Assembly: GCA_042216675.1 (NCBI GenBank)
Contig: JBDGTS010000009.1
Span: forward strand, 1 to 64,000
Origin: Halobacteriaceae archaeon
GTDB lineage: Archaea; Halobacteriota; Halobacteria; Halobacteriales; Halobacteriaceae
Length of the DNA stretch: 64,000 nucleotides
Direction: 5' to 3'
Notes under the pieces: model-generated
The model's input: the letters and a program-made list of their open reading frames with translations, nothing else
Told to the model about the DNA's origin: nothing
Database searches by the model: none
Part shown: piece by piece, positions 53,067-61,627 of the stretch
Numbering within the stretch: the first letter of the stretch is position 1
Layout of the letters: the number at the start of each line of letters is the position of its first letter
Position numbers and translations under genes: made by a program

Positions 53067-54419
53067 CGCCTCGTGGACGGCGAACACGCGGTCCACGAGC
53101 GTCGCGGCGTCGGGAGCGAGCAGTTTCACGATGGCCTCCTTGCCGACTTCGCCCCGGTCCACGACGGCCACCGGCGTGCCGTCCGTCGATTCGAAGGCCC
53201 GTTGCGCGCCCCACTGCATCGTCGAGCCTTCGGCGGCTTTGACCGATTCTGGTTCGGCGTCCCGGTCGAACTCAGCGACCGGGCCTGCCAGCGCGTCCAG
53301 CGCGTTCTCCACGTCGTCGTCGAAGCGGCAGTTCACTGCGAACCGCAGGTCCGGGTCGTACTCGCGCGCCGTGAGGAGGAAGCGCGCGACGTGGCTCGAC
53401 GCGCCGAATCGGACGCCCTTGTTCGGCTTCAGCCCCGCCATCGTCCGGGTGATGCGGCCCTCGACTGCCGCCGTCTCGCCGACGGCCTCCGCGTAGGGCG
53501 TCGCGCCGACGACGTTCATGCCGACTTCGGGAACGAGGGCGCTCACGTCGTGGTCCACGAACTCCCGGACGACGTCCTCGACGGCCTCGGCCGTCGGGTG
53601 GCGCGCCGCGCGCTCCCGGAGTTCCACGAGGTGGTGGACCGGACTCCGGCCGCCGCCCACGTCGGCGTGGTAGCGCACCGCGCGTTCGAGAAACGCCGTC
53701 GCCGTCTCCACGGCGACGGCCACGTCGTCGCCGTGCGCGAGGCGCGCCGCGACGGCACTTGAGAGCGTACAGCCGGAGCCGTGAGTCGCGTCGGTGTCGA
53801 CGCGGGGATGCGTGAACACGTCCGCACCGCCCTCGCGGACGAGAACGTCGGCCACCTCGTCGCCGTCGCCGACGTGGCCGCCGGTGACGAGGGCCGCGTC
53901 CGCGCCGAGTGCGCGGAGTTCCTCGCCCGCGGCGACCATCTCGTCCTCGTCGCTCGGGTCGACCCCCGTGAGGACGGCCGCCTCGTCGGCGTTCGGGGTC
54001 ACGACGGTCGCCTCCGCGATCAGGTCTTCGTAGGCCAGTTCGGCGGCCTCGTCCAGCAGTCTGTCACCGGAGGCCGCCACCATCACCGGGTCCACGACGA
54101 GAGGCGCGTCGAGGTGGGCCGCGCGCGCCGCGACGAGGTCCACCACGTTGGCGGTGGCGAGCATCCCCGTCTTCGCCGCGGCGACGTCGAAGTCGGCCTC
54201 GACGGCGTCGAGTTGGGCCTCGATTTCCGCCGTCGGGAGGACGTGACTCGACGAGACGCCGCGGGTGTTCTGGGCCGTCACCGCGGTGACGACGCTGGTG
54301 GCGAAGGCCCCGGCGGCCTCCATCGTCTTCAGGTCGGCCTGAATCCCTGCGCCGCCGCCGGAGTCGCTCCCGGCGACGGTGAGCGTGACCGGCCGCGCGT
54401 CGGGTGCTGGTCGTCGCAT
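53061..54419 (-). CDS. thiDN: Bifunctional HMP/HMP-P kinase with ThiN thiamine-phosphate synthase domain
   Basis: TVAGSDSGGGAGIQADLK, TAQNT, KTGML, DPVM, HGSGC; C-terminal PEVGMN, GASSHVAR, GKE (ThiN). Confidence 0.92.
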   Translation of the reverse strand: MRRPAPDARPVTLTVAGSDSGGGAGIQADLKTMEAAGAFATSVVTAVTAQNTRGVSSSHVLPTAEIEAQLDAVEADFDVAAAKTGMLATANVVDLVAARAAHLDAPLVVDPVMVAASGDRLLDEAAELAYEDLIAEATVVTPNADEAAVLTGVDPSDEDEMVAAGEELRALGADAALVTGGHVGDGDEVADVLVREGGADVFTHPRVDTDATHGSGCTLSSAVAARLAHGDDVAVAVETATAFLERAVRYHADVGGGRSPVHHLVELRERAARHPTAEAVEDVVREFVDHDVSALVPEVGMNVVGATPYAEAVGETAAVEGRITRTMAGLKPNKGVRFGASSHVARFLLTAREYDPDLRFAVNCRFDDDVENALDALAGPVAEFDRDAEPESVKAAEGSTMQWGAQRAFESTDGTPVAVVDRGEVGKEAIVKLLAPDAATLVDRVFAVHEAL

Positions 54420-54498
54420 GACCGACGCTATTCGCGGCCGATACAAATCGGTGATGATGGCCCCACGCGTTTTGAGGGCGGCCGTCGAAGCCCGACGC

Positions 54499-54774
54499 AT
54501 GAGCGAGTGGCAGACCGAGACGACAGACGCCGTGGCACGGGTGCTGTATCAGGCCGGGGTGGCCCTGTCGCCCGACGCCGTGGCGACCAACCTCGATGCC
54601 GTATTCGACGAGGCGCCCGACGAGACGGCGGTGCGCGAGGCGCTGACGACGCTCCGCGAGGAGTCGCTGGCGCGGCGCCTCGACAGGGAAGGTGACTACT
54701 ACGTCATCACCGACTACGGCCGCGACTACGTCGAGACGGAGATCGATCAGGAGGGGGTCGGCTTCATCGAGTAG
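54499..54774 (+). CDS. Small acidic wHTH-like hypothetical protein
   Basis: ALSPDAVATNL...VREAL..L...YYVITDYGRDY pattern. Confidence 0.65.
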   Translation: MSEWQTETTDAVARVLYQAGVALSPDAVATNLDAVFDEAPDETAVREALTTLREESLARRLDREGDYYVITDYGRDYVETEIDQEGVGFIE

Positions 54775-55792
54775 CGTCCTCGGCGCGGCGCTGGGCGTAC
54801 TCGCCGAACGTCGCCCAGAACGGGTCCGTGCCGGGGTGGTCGACCTCCTCGCCGTCGATTTCGACGCCCGACCCCGCCACGACGTGCCCCACTTCGGCGG
54901 CGGGGATGCCCTCGTCGTCGAGGGCCGCGAGAACGTCCTCGGTGCCGTCAGAATCGACCGTCAGCAGGAGGGTCCCCTCGCTGATGGATATCCACGGGTC
55001 GATGCCCACGGCGTCACACAGCTCTCGGACGCCCGGCAGGACCGGAACCCGGTCGCGGTCCACCTCGATGCGGACGCCGCCCGCGCGGGCCACCTCGTAG
55101 AGGCCGCCGTAGATGCCACACTCCGTGGCGTCGTGCATCGCGGTCACGGGCCCCGCCGCCGCGGCGGTGAGGGCGTCCTTGACGGGTGACTGGTCCCAGA
55201 AGCGCTCTTTGGCGGCGTCCATCGCTTCGGAGTCGAGGTCGATGTACTCCTCGAACTCGTTGGCGAGGAGCGCCGTCGCCTCGATGGCCGGCCCCTTCGT
55301 GACGATGACGCTGTCGCCCGCCCGCGCGCCATCGGGGCGCACCACGTCCTCTGGGTCGCCCACCGAGAGCGCCGTCGCGCCCCCGACCATCGGGTAGTTA
55401 CACCCCTGATAGCGGCCGGTGTGACCGGTGACGATGGACACGCCGAGGTCCCGAGCCTCCCTGTCGAACGTCTCCCAGACGGTGCGGAACTCCTCGTCGG
55501 TGATTTCCGGCGGGAGGTTCACGTCGACGGCGAGGTGAGAGGGCGGAATCCCGCTGACTGCCACGTCGCTCAGCAGGACGTGGAAGCCGAACCACGCCGC
55601 CTTCTCCAGTCCGAGGGTGGCCTGAATGTAGACGGGGTCGGAGGCCAGCGCCACCGCCTGCTCGCCGACCTGAATCACGCCGAAGTCGACGCCGTGTTGT
55701 GGGCCGAGGGTCACGTCGTCCCGGTCCGCGCCGAGGTTCGGGTAGATGTACTTGTCGAAGAACTCGCGGTCGGCCTTCCCCAGTTCGGGCAT
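54764..55792 (-). CDS. AIR-synthase (PurM/HypE/ThiL)-family protein
   Basis: LGK, GVDFG, SDP, SDVAVSG, GHTG, MHDATECG, ISEGTLL. Confidence 0.85.
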   Translation of the reverse strand: MPELGKADREFFDKYIYPNLGADRDDVTLGPQHGVDFGVIQVGEQAVALASDPVYIQATLGLEKAAWFGFHVLLSDVAVSGIPPSHLAVDVNLPPEITDEEFRTVWETFDREARDLGVSIVTGHTGRYQGCNYPMVGGATALSVGDPEDVVRPDGARAGDSVIVTKGPAIEATALLANEFEEYIDLDSEAMDAAKERFWDQSPVKDALTAAAAGPVTAMHDATECGIYGGLYEVARAGGVRIEVDRDRVPVLPGVRELCDAVGIDPWISISEGTLLLTVDSDGTEDVLAALDDEGIPAAEVGHVVAGSGVEIDGEEVDHPGTDPFWATFGEYAQRRAEDATR

Positions 55793-55799
55793 ACTCCCG

Positions 55800-55816
55800 C
55801 TACCACCGGGTAGTAG
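55800..55816. promoter_or_regulatory. Imperfect palindrome (candidate repressor operator) just upstream of the AIR-synthase-like gene
   Basis: CTACCACCGGGTAGTAG has 14/17 positions self-complementary. It lies between a TATA-like element and the ATG at 55792. Confidence 0.5.
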
Positions 55817-55837
55817 ATATGGGTGGCGTTGTGCCGG

Positions 55838-57265
55838 TCAGTCCAGCAGGTCCGCCGGGTCCGAGGGGTAGCCCCCGCCGCGGCGAACCTCGTCGAGGCG
55901 GCGGAACGGCACCGACGACAGGCGGTCGCCCTCGACCCTGTCGCGACAGCCGCGCTCGCGCAGGTGCTCGACGGCCGCGCGGTGGAGTCGCTCGGCCACC
56001 GCGGGATGCTCCTCGACGAGGTTCTCCGTCTCGTTCGGGTTCGCGGCCACGGCGAACAGCTGCTCGCGGTCCCCGTTCGCCATGTGGACGTACTTCCAGT
56101 CGTCCTCGCGGACCATCACCGTGAGGCTCTCGGAGAGCGGTGGCTGTTCGTGGTAGGAGAACAGGCGCTCCCGGGGCGCTGTCGACCCGTCGAGCATCCC
56201 CAGCAAGTCGATGCCGTCCCGCGTATCAACGTCGCCCGCCGCGCCCGTCGCGAGGCCGAACAAATCGAGGAGCGACACGAGTTCGTCGCACGTCTCGCCG
56301 GCGGGGAGTTCTGCGGGCCAACTCACGAGGAAGGGCACGCGCGCGGACTGCTCGAACATCGCCGTCTTCTGCCACCCGTGGTGGTCGCCGAGCAGTTCGC
56401 CGTGGTCGGAGACGAAGGCGATGAGGGTGTTCTCGCCGTCTTCGCGGGCCTCCACGGCGTCGAGGAGGCGCCCGATTTGGCGGTCCACGAGCGTTATCAT
56501 GCCGTAGTAGTGGGCCTTGACGTTGCGGGCCGTGAGGTCCGAGATGGCGTCCGCGCGTTCGTTCCAGAAGCTCCGGTTGTTCTTCGGAATCATCTCGTCC
56601 ATGTGGTCGAGTTCGCGGTCCTCGCGGATGGGACTGGACAGCAGGTCCGGATTGTACATGCGGTCGTAGGGCACCGGCGGCGCGAACGGGAGGTGGGGCC
56701 ACATGAACGACACCACCCCGAAGAACGGGCGGCCGTCGTCCTCCGCGATGAGGTCCGCCCCGCGGTCGGCGGCCCACGCCGCGAACGTCTCGTCTGGCGG
56801 ATACTGGTTCGTCTGTGGCAGGAGATGCATCGCGTCGCTCCGGCCAAGCGCCGTCGAGAGGTCGTTGCCGGTGTCGGCCTCGTACTGCTTCCGCCGGCGG
56901 TGCGTCTCGTAGCCCAAATCGAGGTCGTAGGGCGTCGTGTGGAACTTCCCGACGCCGAACGTGCGGTAGCCACGGTTCTGCATCTCGCGGGCGAGGAAGG
57001 GGCCACAGCGCTCTTCGAGGTGCGCGGCGTCTCGCTTGTCGTTGCCCCAGTAGCCCGTAGTCGGCGGCTCACACCCGGTGCGGACGCAGTGGCGCGCGGG
57101 AACGCAGATGGGGGCCGGCGTGTAGGCGTTCGTGCAGGCGACGCCGCGGTCCACCAACCGGTCGAGGTTCGGCGTGTGGACGTCGCTGTTGCCAAGGGCG
57201 CTGATGGTGTCGAAGCGTTGCTGGTCCGTCATCACGAACAGCACGTTCGGCCGGTCGTCTGGCAT
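55838..57265 (-). CDS. Cys-type (formylglycine-dependent) sulfatase, family S1
   Basis: PNVLFVMTDQQR, TPNLD, CVPAR..TG, GKFH, PHLP, SDHGE..G. Confidence 0.92.
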   Translation of the reverse strand: MPDDRPNVLFVMTDQQRFDTISALGNSDVHTPNLDRLVDRGVACTNAYTPAPICVPARHCVRTGCEPPTTGYWGNDKRDAAHLEERCGPFLAREMQNRGYRTFGVGKFHTTPYDLDLGYETHRRRKQYEADTGNDLSTALGRSDAMHLLPQTNQYPPDETFAAWAADRGADLIAEDDGRPFFGVVSFMWPHLPFAPPVPYDRMYNPDLLSSPIREDRELDHMDEMIPKNNRSFWNERADAISDLTARNVKAHYYGMITLVDRQIGRLLDAVEAREDGENTLIAFVSDHGELLGDHHGWQKTAMFEQSARVPFLVSWPAELPAGETCDELVSLLDLFGLATGAAGDVDTRDGIDLLGMLDGSTAPRERLFSYHEQPPLSESLTVMVREDDWKYVHMANGDREQLFAVAANPNETENLVEEHPAVAERLHRAAVEHLRERGCRDRVEGDRLSSVPFRRLDEVRRGGGYPSDPADLLD

Positions 57266-57341
57266 GCCCGGCGACAGGGGGCACCCGATGATAAATCCCG
57301 CCGACGCAACGTATTTCGGCCCGCATCGCCTACTGCCGGGC

Positions 57342-57926
57342 GTGCCGACGCTCGACGACGTGGATTTAGAGATTCTGCGTCTCCTCGTTGAGGACGCGCG
57401 CCGCCCGTACAGCGACATCGCCGAGGCCGTCGACCGGTCCGCGCCGACGGTGTCGGACAGAGTGGACCGGCTACAGGAGATGGGCGTCATCCGGCGCTTC
57501 ACGGCCGACGTGGACCGCTCGATGCTCCGCCGTGGGGTGCCGGTGCTGGTGACCGTCCGTCCCGAGGACGTCGACGCCGTGCGCGACGGACTGGCCGGCG
57601 CCGACGCCGTCGAACATCTGTACGTCACCGCCGACGCCCGCGTCGTCGCCCACGCGCGGGTCACCGACGGCGACGTGCGCTCCGTGCTGGCGGAGACGGT
57701 GGGCCTCGACGCCGTGCGCGACTACGAGGTGGACCTGCTGGAGAGTGCGGACTGGACGCCGGCCGTCGGCGACACGGCGTTCGCCGTCGACTGCGCGGAG
57801 TGCGGCAACTCCGTCGACGCCGAGGGCGAGAGCGCCCGCATCGACGGGTCGCTGTACCACTTCTGCTGTTCCTCCTGTCGTGACGTGTTCGAGCGACGTT
57901 ACGCCGACCTTCGGGAGGGGGCGTGA
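57342..57926 (+). CDS. Lrp/AsnC regulator with a C-terminal TRASH metal-binding domain (copper-responsive type)
   Basis: LDDVDLEILRLL.EDARRPYS HTH; CAECG...YHFCCSSC. Confidence 0.9.
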   Translation: MPTLDDVDLEILRLLVEDARRPYSDIAEAVDRSAPTVSDRVDRLQEMGVIRRFTADVDRSMLRRGVPVLVTVRPEDVDAVRDGLAGADAVEHLYVTADARVVAHARVTDGDVRSVLAETVGLDAVRDYEVDLLESADWTPAVGDTAFAVDCAECGNSVDAEGESARIDGSLYHFCCSSCRDVFERRYADLREGA

Positions 57927-57976
57927 GTCGACGCCAAGCGAAAGGGCCTAATGGCACTCTCCCGATAGCCTTCGAC

Positions 57977-58192
57977 ATGGCGACAATCACGCTCAGCGTG
58001 CAGGGCATGTCCTGTGATGGTTGCGAGGAGATCGTCGAAGACGCACTCGAAGAGGTCAGCGGCGTCGAGGAGGCCGAGGCGGACCACGAAGCCGACACGG
58101 CGTCGGTCGAGGGAGACGCGAACCCCGACGACCTCGTGGAAGCCGTCGACTTCGCGGGCTACGAGGCCAGCACCGACGCCTCCGAAGAGTAG
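57977..58192 (+). CDS. HMA-domain copper chaperone (CopZ-like)
   Basis: GMSCDGC, AGY. Confidence 0.92.
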   Translation: MATITLSVQGMSCDGCEEIVEDALEEVSGVEEAEADHEADTASVEGDANPDDLVEAVDFAGYEASTDASEE

Positions 58193-58209
58193 GTTACGCA
58201 CCAGTAACC
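58192..58209. promoter_or_regulatory. GGTTAC-N6-GTAACC inverted repeat
   Basis: Perfect 6-bp inverted repeat right after the chaperone stop. An extra GTTAC half-site lies at 58223-58227. Confidence 0.4.
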
Positions 58210-58265
58210 ACCTGACTTGGCTGTTACCGAGGAAATATGGGGGCGGCGCTCTTCTGTCGGAGTAG

Positions 58266-58538
58266 ATGACATCGACTGAGGATCGTATCTCCGACCTGCC
58301 CCCGAGCGCGAAACTGGTATTCAAAGTTCTGGAGTACAACGGCGGTCTCACCCAGAAGGGCATCGTCGAGAAGTCGCGGCTCTCACAGCGGACCGTCCGC
58401 GACGCTCTCGACCGCCTCGTCGAGGCTGACGTCGTCGAAAAGGACATCTACATCCCTGACGCCAGACAGAACCTCTACCGCCTCGCGCCCGAGTTCGAGT
58501 CGGACGTCGAGGTCGCCGCGCCCGAACCCTCCGACTGA
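58266..58538 (+). CDS. Small archaeal wHTH regulator
   Basis: DLPPSAKLVFKVLEY.G.LTQK.I...SRLSQRTVR.AL..DARQNLY. Confidence 0.85.
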   Translation: MTSTEDRISDLPPSAKLVFKVLEYNGGLTQKGIVEKSRLSQRTVRDALDRLVEADVVEKDIYIPDARQNLYRLAPEFESDVEVAAPEPSD

Positions 58539-58584
58539 CGTCGTTTCGAAGGCATAATCGGTCTCCGGTCCCAACCCACCCCAC

Positions 58585-58968
58585 ATGAGCGGTGCCGGCG
58601 AGCGGCAGCCACGACGGAGCCTCGGCCTCCTCGACGCGACGATGGTGGGGATGGGTGCGATGATCGGCGCCGGCATCTTCGTCCTCACCGGTCTCGCCGC
58701 CGAGATGGCCGGCCCCGCAGCGGTCCTCGTCTTCGTCTCGACCGGTATCGTCACCGCGTTCACCGCGCTCTCCGCCGCCGAACGCACGCCCCCGTCGCGG
58801 CCCGCACGCTCGACGACGTGTCGCTCCCGACGAGGAGCATGGTCGTCTCGGGCGCCACGGGTGACCACGATGCGCACACGCACACCGGGCTCACGGCGGA
58901 CGAGACGTACCCTCGTCGCCGCCGAGTCAGACGTGGCCGAGACGGTCCAGCAACTGGTCCGGGTGTGA
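58585..58968 (+). pseudogene. Internally deleted APC amino-acid permease/TrkA-C fusion remnant
   Basis: N-terminus RSLGLLDAT..GAMIGAGIF..GPAA..TALSAAE is joined out of frame to a TrkA-C-like APVAARTLDDVSLP...ETY/LVAAESDVAE. A second frameshift lies at about 58910. Confidence 0.72.
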
Positions 58969-59011
58969 TGGACCGTCGCGGTTATATTCCCGACTGCGCT
59001 ACCGACGAGGC

Positions 59012-59653
59012 GTGCAGAACGTCACCGACCGCACGAGCAACCCCTTCGGCATGTCTCCGCCGCGGTTGGTGTCCGCCGACCCGGCGGTGGTCCACGGCTA
59101 CGGCGACGCGAACGCCGACATTCACCTCGTCGGCGACCACCCGCGCGTCCACGGGGGCGTCGAGTCGGGCGTGCCGTTCACGGGCACCGAGGGTGCGCGG
59201 CGACTCCAGCGAGTTCTCCACGAGGTGGGCCTCCTCGAAGCGCCGGACACCGACCGACCGCGAGTCCGCAATCTCTTCGCCAGTTACCTCCACGCGAGCG
59301 TCGCGCCCGAGGGCACACCGAGCGACGAGAGTTACGCGCGCCTCGAACCGTTCTTCGACGCGGAACTGCGGGCCATCGCGGCCCACGTCCTCCTCCCGGT
59401 CGGGGATCGAGCCACCGCGCACGTCTTTCGGAAGTATACCGCTCGAACGCCCGCGAGCGCCGCCGAACTCCACGGACAGGAGGTGCGCGGGAGCGGGTTC
59501 CTCGTCGTGCCCATCCGCGACCCCGCGGAGTGGACGGACGCCGACGAGGAATCGCTCCGCGAAACGCTCGAGTATCTGTTGACCACCGACTACCGCCAGA
59601 TAAGCGACCTCGGCCGCTTTCTGCCGGGCGGAGACACCTACCTCGTCAGGTGA
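59012..59653 (+). CDS. Uracil-DNA glycosylase superfamily protein
   Basis: SNPFG, GYGDANAD..VGDHP..GG..GVPFT, ELRAI.AH.L.PVG, LHG. Confidence 0.8.
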   Translation: MQNVTDRTSNPFGMSPPRLVSADPAVVHGYGDANADIHLVGDHPRVHGGVESGVPFTGTEGARRLQRVLHEVGLLEAPDTDRPRVRNLFASYLHASVAPEGTPSDESYARLEPFFDAELRAIAAHVLLPVGDRATAHVFRKYTARTPASAAELHGQEVRGSGFLVVPIRDPAEWTDADEESLRETLEYLLTTDYRQISDLGRFLPGGDTYLVR

Positions 59654-59705
59654 CCATTATCAATCAAGCACAGATGCTATGGGTACTCACCCAGTAGTAA
59701 GGTTT

Positions 59706-59777
59706 GCCTGCGCAACGCAGGCGTGCCTCCGCCACGGATTGTGCCTCCGATGGCGGCGGGGTCCGATCCCCGCTTTT
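59706..59777 (+). ncRNA. Candidate structured small RNA (three hairpins plus U-tract)
   Basis: GCCTGCG-caa-CGCAGGC; CCGCCA-CGGA-7nt-TCCG-A-TGGCGG; GCGGGG-tccgat-CCCCGC; TTTT. All lie in a 170-bp intergenic gap. Confidence 0.45.
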
Positions 59778-59822
59778 GGCAAGAGCCACAACCGCTAAGC
59801 CCCGCGTCCGTCACGTACCTGT

Positions 59823-60470
59823 ATGCTCACCAGCGACGCGGCACGCGTCATCGACCACGCCGACGTGACCGCTGAGCCACTGCTTGACGAGATGACCGCC
59901 CACGGCCGGGAGCGCAACTTCCCCATCGTCGGCCCGAACGCGGGGCGCTTGCTCCGCATCCTCGCGCGCACGGGCGGCGCCGAACGCGTCTTCGAGTTCG
60001 GCTCCGGGTTCGGCTACTCCGCGGCGTGGTTCGCGGGCGCACTACCGGACGACGGCGAAATCGTCCTCACCGACTACGACGAGGACAACCTCGCCTCGGC
60101 GCAGGGATTCCTCCGACAGGGCGGTTACGACGGCATCGCGCGCTACGAAGTCGGGGACGCAATCGAGACGTTCCGCGCGGCGGAGGGCGAGTTCGACGTG
60201 GTGCTCGTCGACTTGGAGAAGACGAAGTACGTCGAGGCGTTCGAACTCGCTCGCGAACAGGTCAGCGACGGGGGGCTCGTCGTCGCCGACAACATGCTCG
60301 ACGGGCCGATGTCGGCGGGCGAAATCGCTGACGCCCTCGACGGCGCGGACCCCGGCAACGAACACGCCAGCGGCATCGCTGCCTACATCGAACGCGTGCG
60401 GGACGACCCGGACTTCGACACCTCGCTCGTTCCGCTCGGCGAGGGGCTGGCGGTCAGCTGCAAGCGCTAG
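59823..60470 (+). CDS. Class I SAM-dependent O-methyltransferase
   Basis: FPIVG, FEFGSGFGYSA, GDA, FDVVLVD..K, VADN. Confidence 0.9.
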   Translation: MLTSDAARVIDHADVTAEPLLDEMTAHGRERNFPIVGPNAGRLLRILARTGGAERVFEFGSGFGYSAAWFAGALPDDGEIVLTDYDEDNLASAQGFLRQGGYDGIARYEVGDAIETFRAAEGEFDVVLVDLEKTKYVEAFELAREQVSDGGLVVADNMLDGPMSAGEIADALDGADPGNEHASGIAAYIERVRDDPDFDTSLVPLGEGLAVSCKR

Positions 60471-61543
60471 GGGCGGTAGATTTCCGCTCGCTCCAGCGTC
60501 ACGTCGTAGCCCACCGCCTCGACGGGTTCGGTCGTCCACTGGCCGGCGGAGAGACACTCGAAGCCGTCCTCGGCGACGAGCCACGTGTTCTCGGACTTCG
60601 CGCCCTGCACCGTGGGATTCCACGCGTAGGCCATGGGCAGAAACACCTCGCGGTCGCTCGTCGGCGTGGCCTTCCACTCGCGGCCGGCGTACCCGGCGGC
60701 GCCGCCCTGATGGTGGTTGCGCCACTCGCCGGGGTAGCCGACGGCCTCGTAGGCGTCCTGCACGGCCGCGAACACGTCGCTGGCGGTACCGCCCTCGCGC
60801 CCCACCTCGCGGGTGGCCGCGAGCGCCGTCGCCTCGACGGTGGCCGCCGCCTCGGTTCGCTCGACCAGCCAGTCCGGTTCGTCGAAGGCGACGGTCCGGG
60901 TGACGCTGGTGTGGAGGCCGTCGCGGACCCCCGTCACCGACAGGAGGGCGTAGTCGCCCAGCGGTTCGCTCTTCGGCGTGTAGTGGCGCCACGTCGCCGC
61001 GCGTTCGCCGCCGCCGACCAGCGCGACGGGCGCCCGGATGCCGTCAGCGGCCAGCCTGTCGAGGAGGCGCCCCGTCGCCTCGCGTTCGGTCGTCTCCGGT
61101 GTCAGTTCCTCGCAGACGGCCTCTACCGCCGCCGCGGCGTCGTCGCCGAGCGAGCGGTACGCCGACACGTCGTCGTCGGTGAGCGGTTGGCGCAGGTCGC
61201 TCGGGTCGATGGACTCGACGCCCGGCACGTCGAAGTCCGCGGCGGCCGGCGTCGGCGACTGGGCGGCGACGGCCTCTGCCAGCGAGGACTCGTACCACTG
61301 GTAGGCGACGAGTTCCACGTCCGCGTCGAGTTCCTCCTCGGCGAGGCGGGGCGCCTCGATGTTGTTCGTCACGACGGTGATGGACTCGCCGTCGTAGCCG
61401 GCGGCCGCGACGCCCGGGCCAGCGTCGGCGCTGACCACGTTGTCGCCGCCGGTCAGCCACGCGAAGGAGTTGGGCTGGCCGAACCAGACGGCGGCCAGTC
61501 CCTCCTCGTCGAGGACCGCGTCGAGTCGGTCGGTGGGTGCCAT
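60467..61543 (-). CDS. M24 pita-bread-fold protein lacking canonical metal ligands
   Basis: NSFAWLTGG, RHYTP, SVTRT, HHQGG, AWNP, KSENT. Confidence 0.8.
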   Translation of the reverse strand: MAPTDRLDAVLDEEGLAAVWFGQPNSFAWLTGGDNVVSADAGPGVAAAGYDGESITVVTNNIEAPRLAEEELDADVELVAYQWYESSLAEAVAAQSPTPAAADFDVPGVESIDPSDLRQPLTDDDVSAYRSLGDDAAAAVEAVCEELTPETTEREATGRLLDRLAADGIRAPVALVGGGERAATWRHYTPKSEPLGDYALLSVTGVRDGLHTSVTRTVAFDEPDWLVERTEAAATVEATALAATREVGREGGTASDVFAAVQDAYEAVGYPGEWRNHHQGGAAGYAGREWKATPTSDREVFLPMAYAWNPTVQGAKSENTWLVAEDGFECLSAGQWTTEPVEAVGYDVTLERAEIYRP

Positions 61544-61627
61544 GTTCGTGGCTTCGCCGGACCGGGCTTGAATGTACGGGTCTGCCGCTACCCGAGGGTC
61601 TTTTGGGCTGGTTCGATACCTCGGAGT

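Noticed and set aside
59706-59777. tRNA gene or tRNA remnant
   Set aside because: Only the last hairpin is T-arm-like. There is no acceptor stem, D-loop GG or canonical anticodon arm.
59679-59798. 39-aa Cys-containing ORF (MGTHPVVRFAC...) over the hairpins
   Set aside because: Basic, with no acidic residues and atypical codon usage. The RNA structure explains the sequence better.
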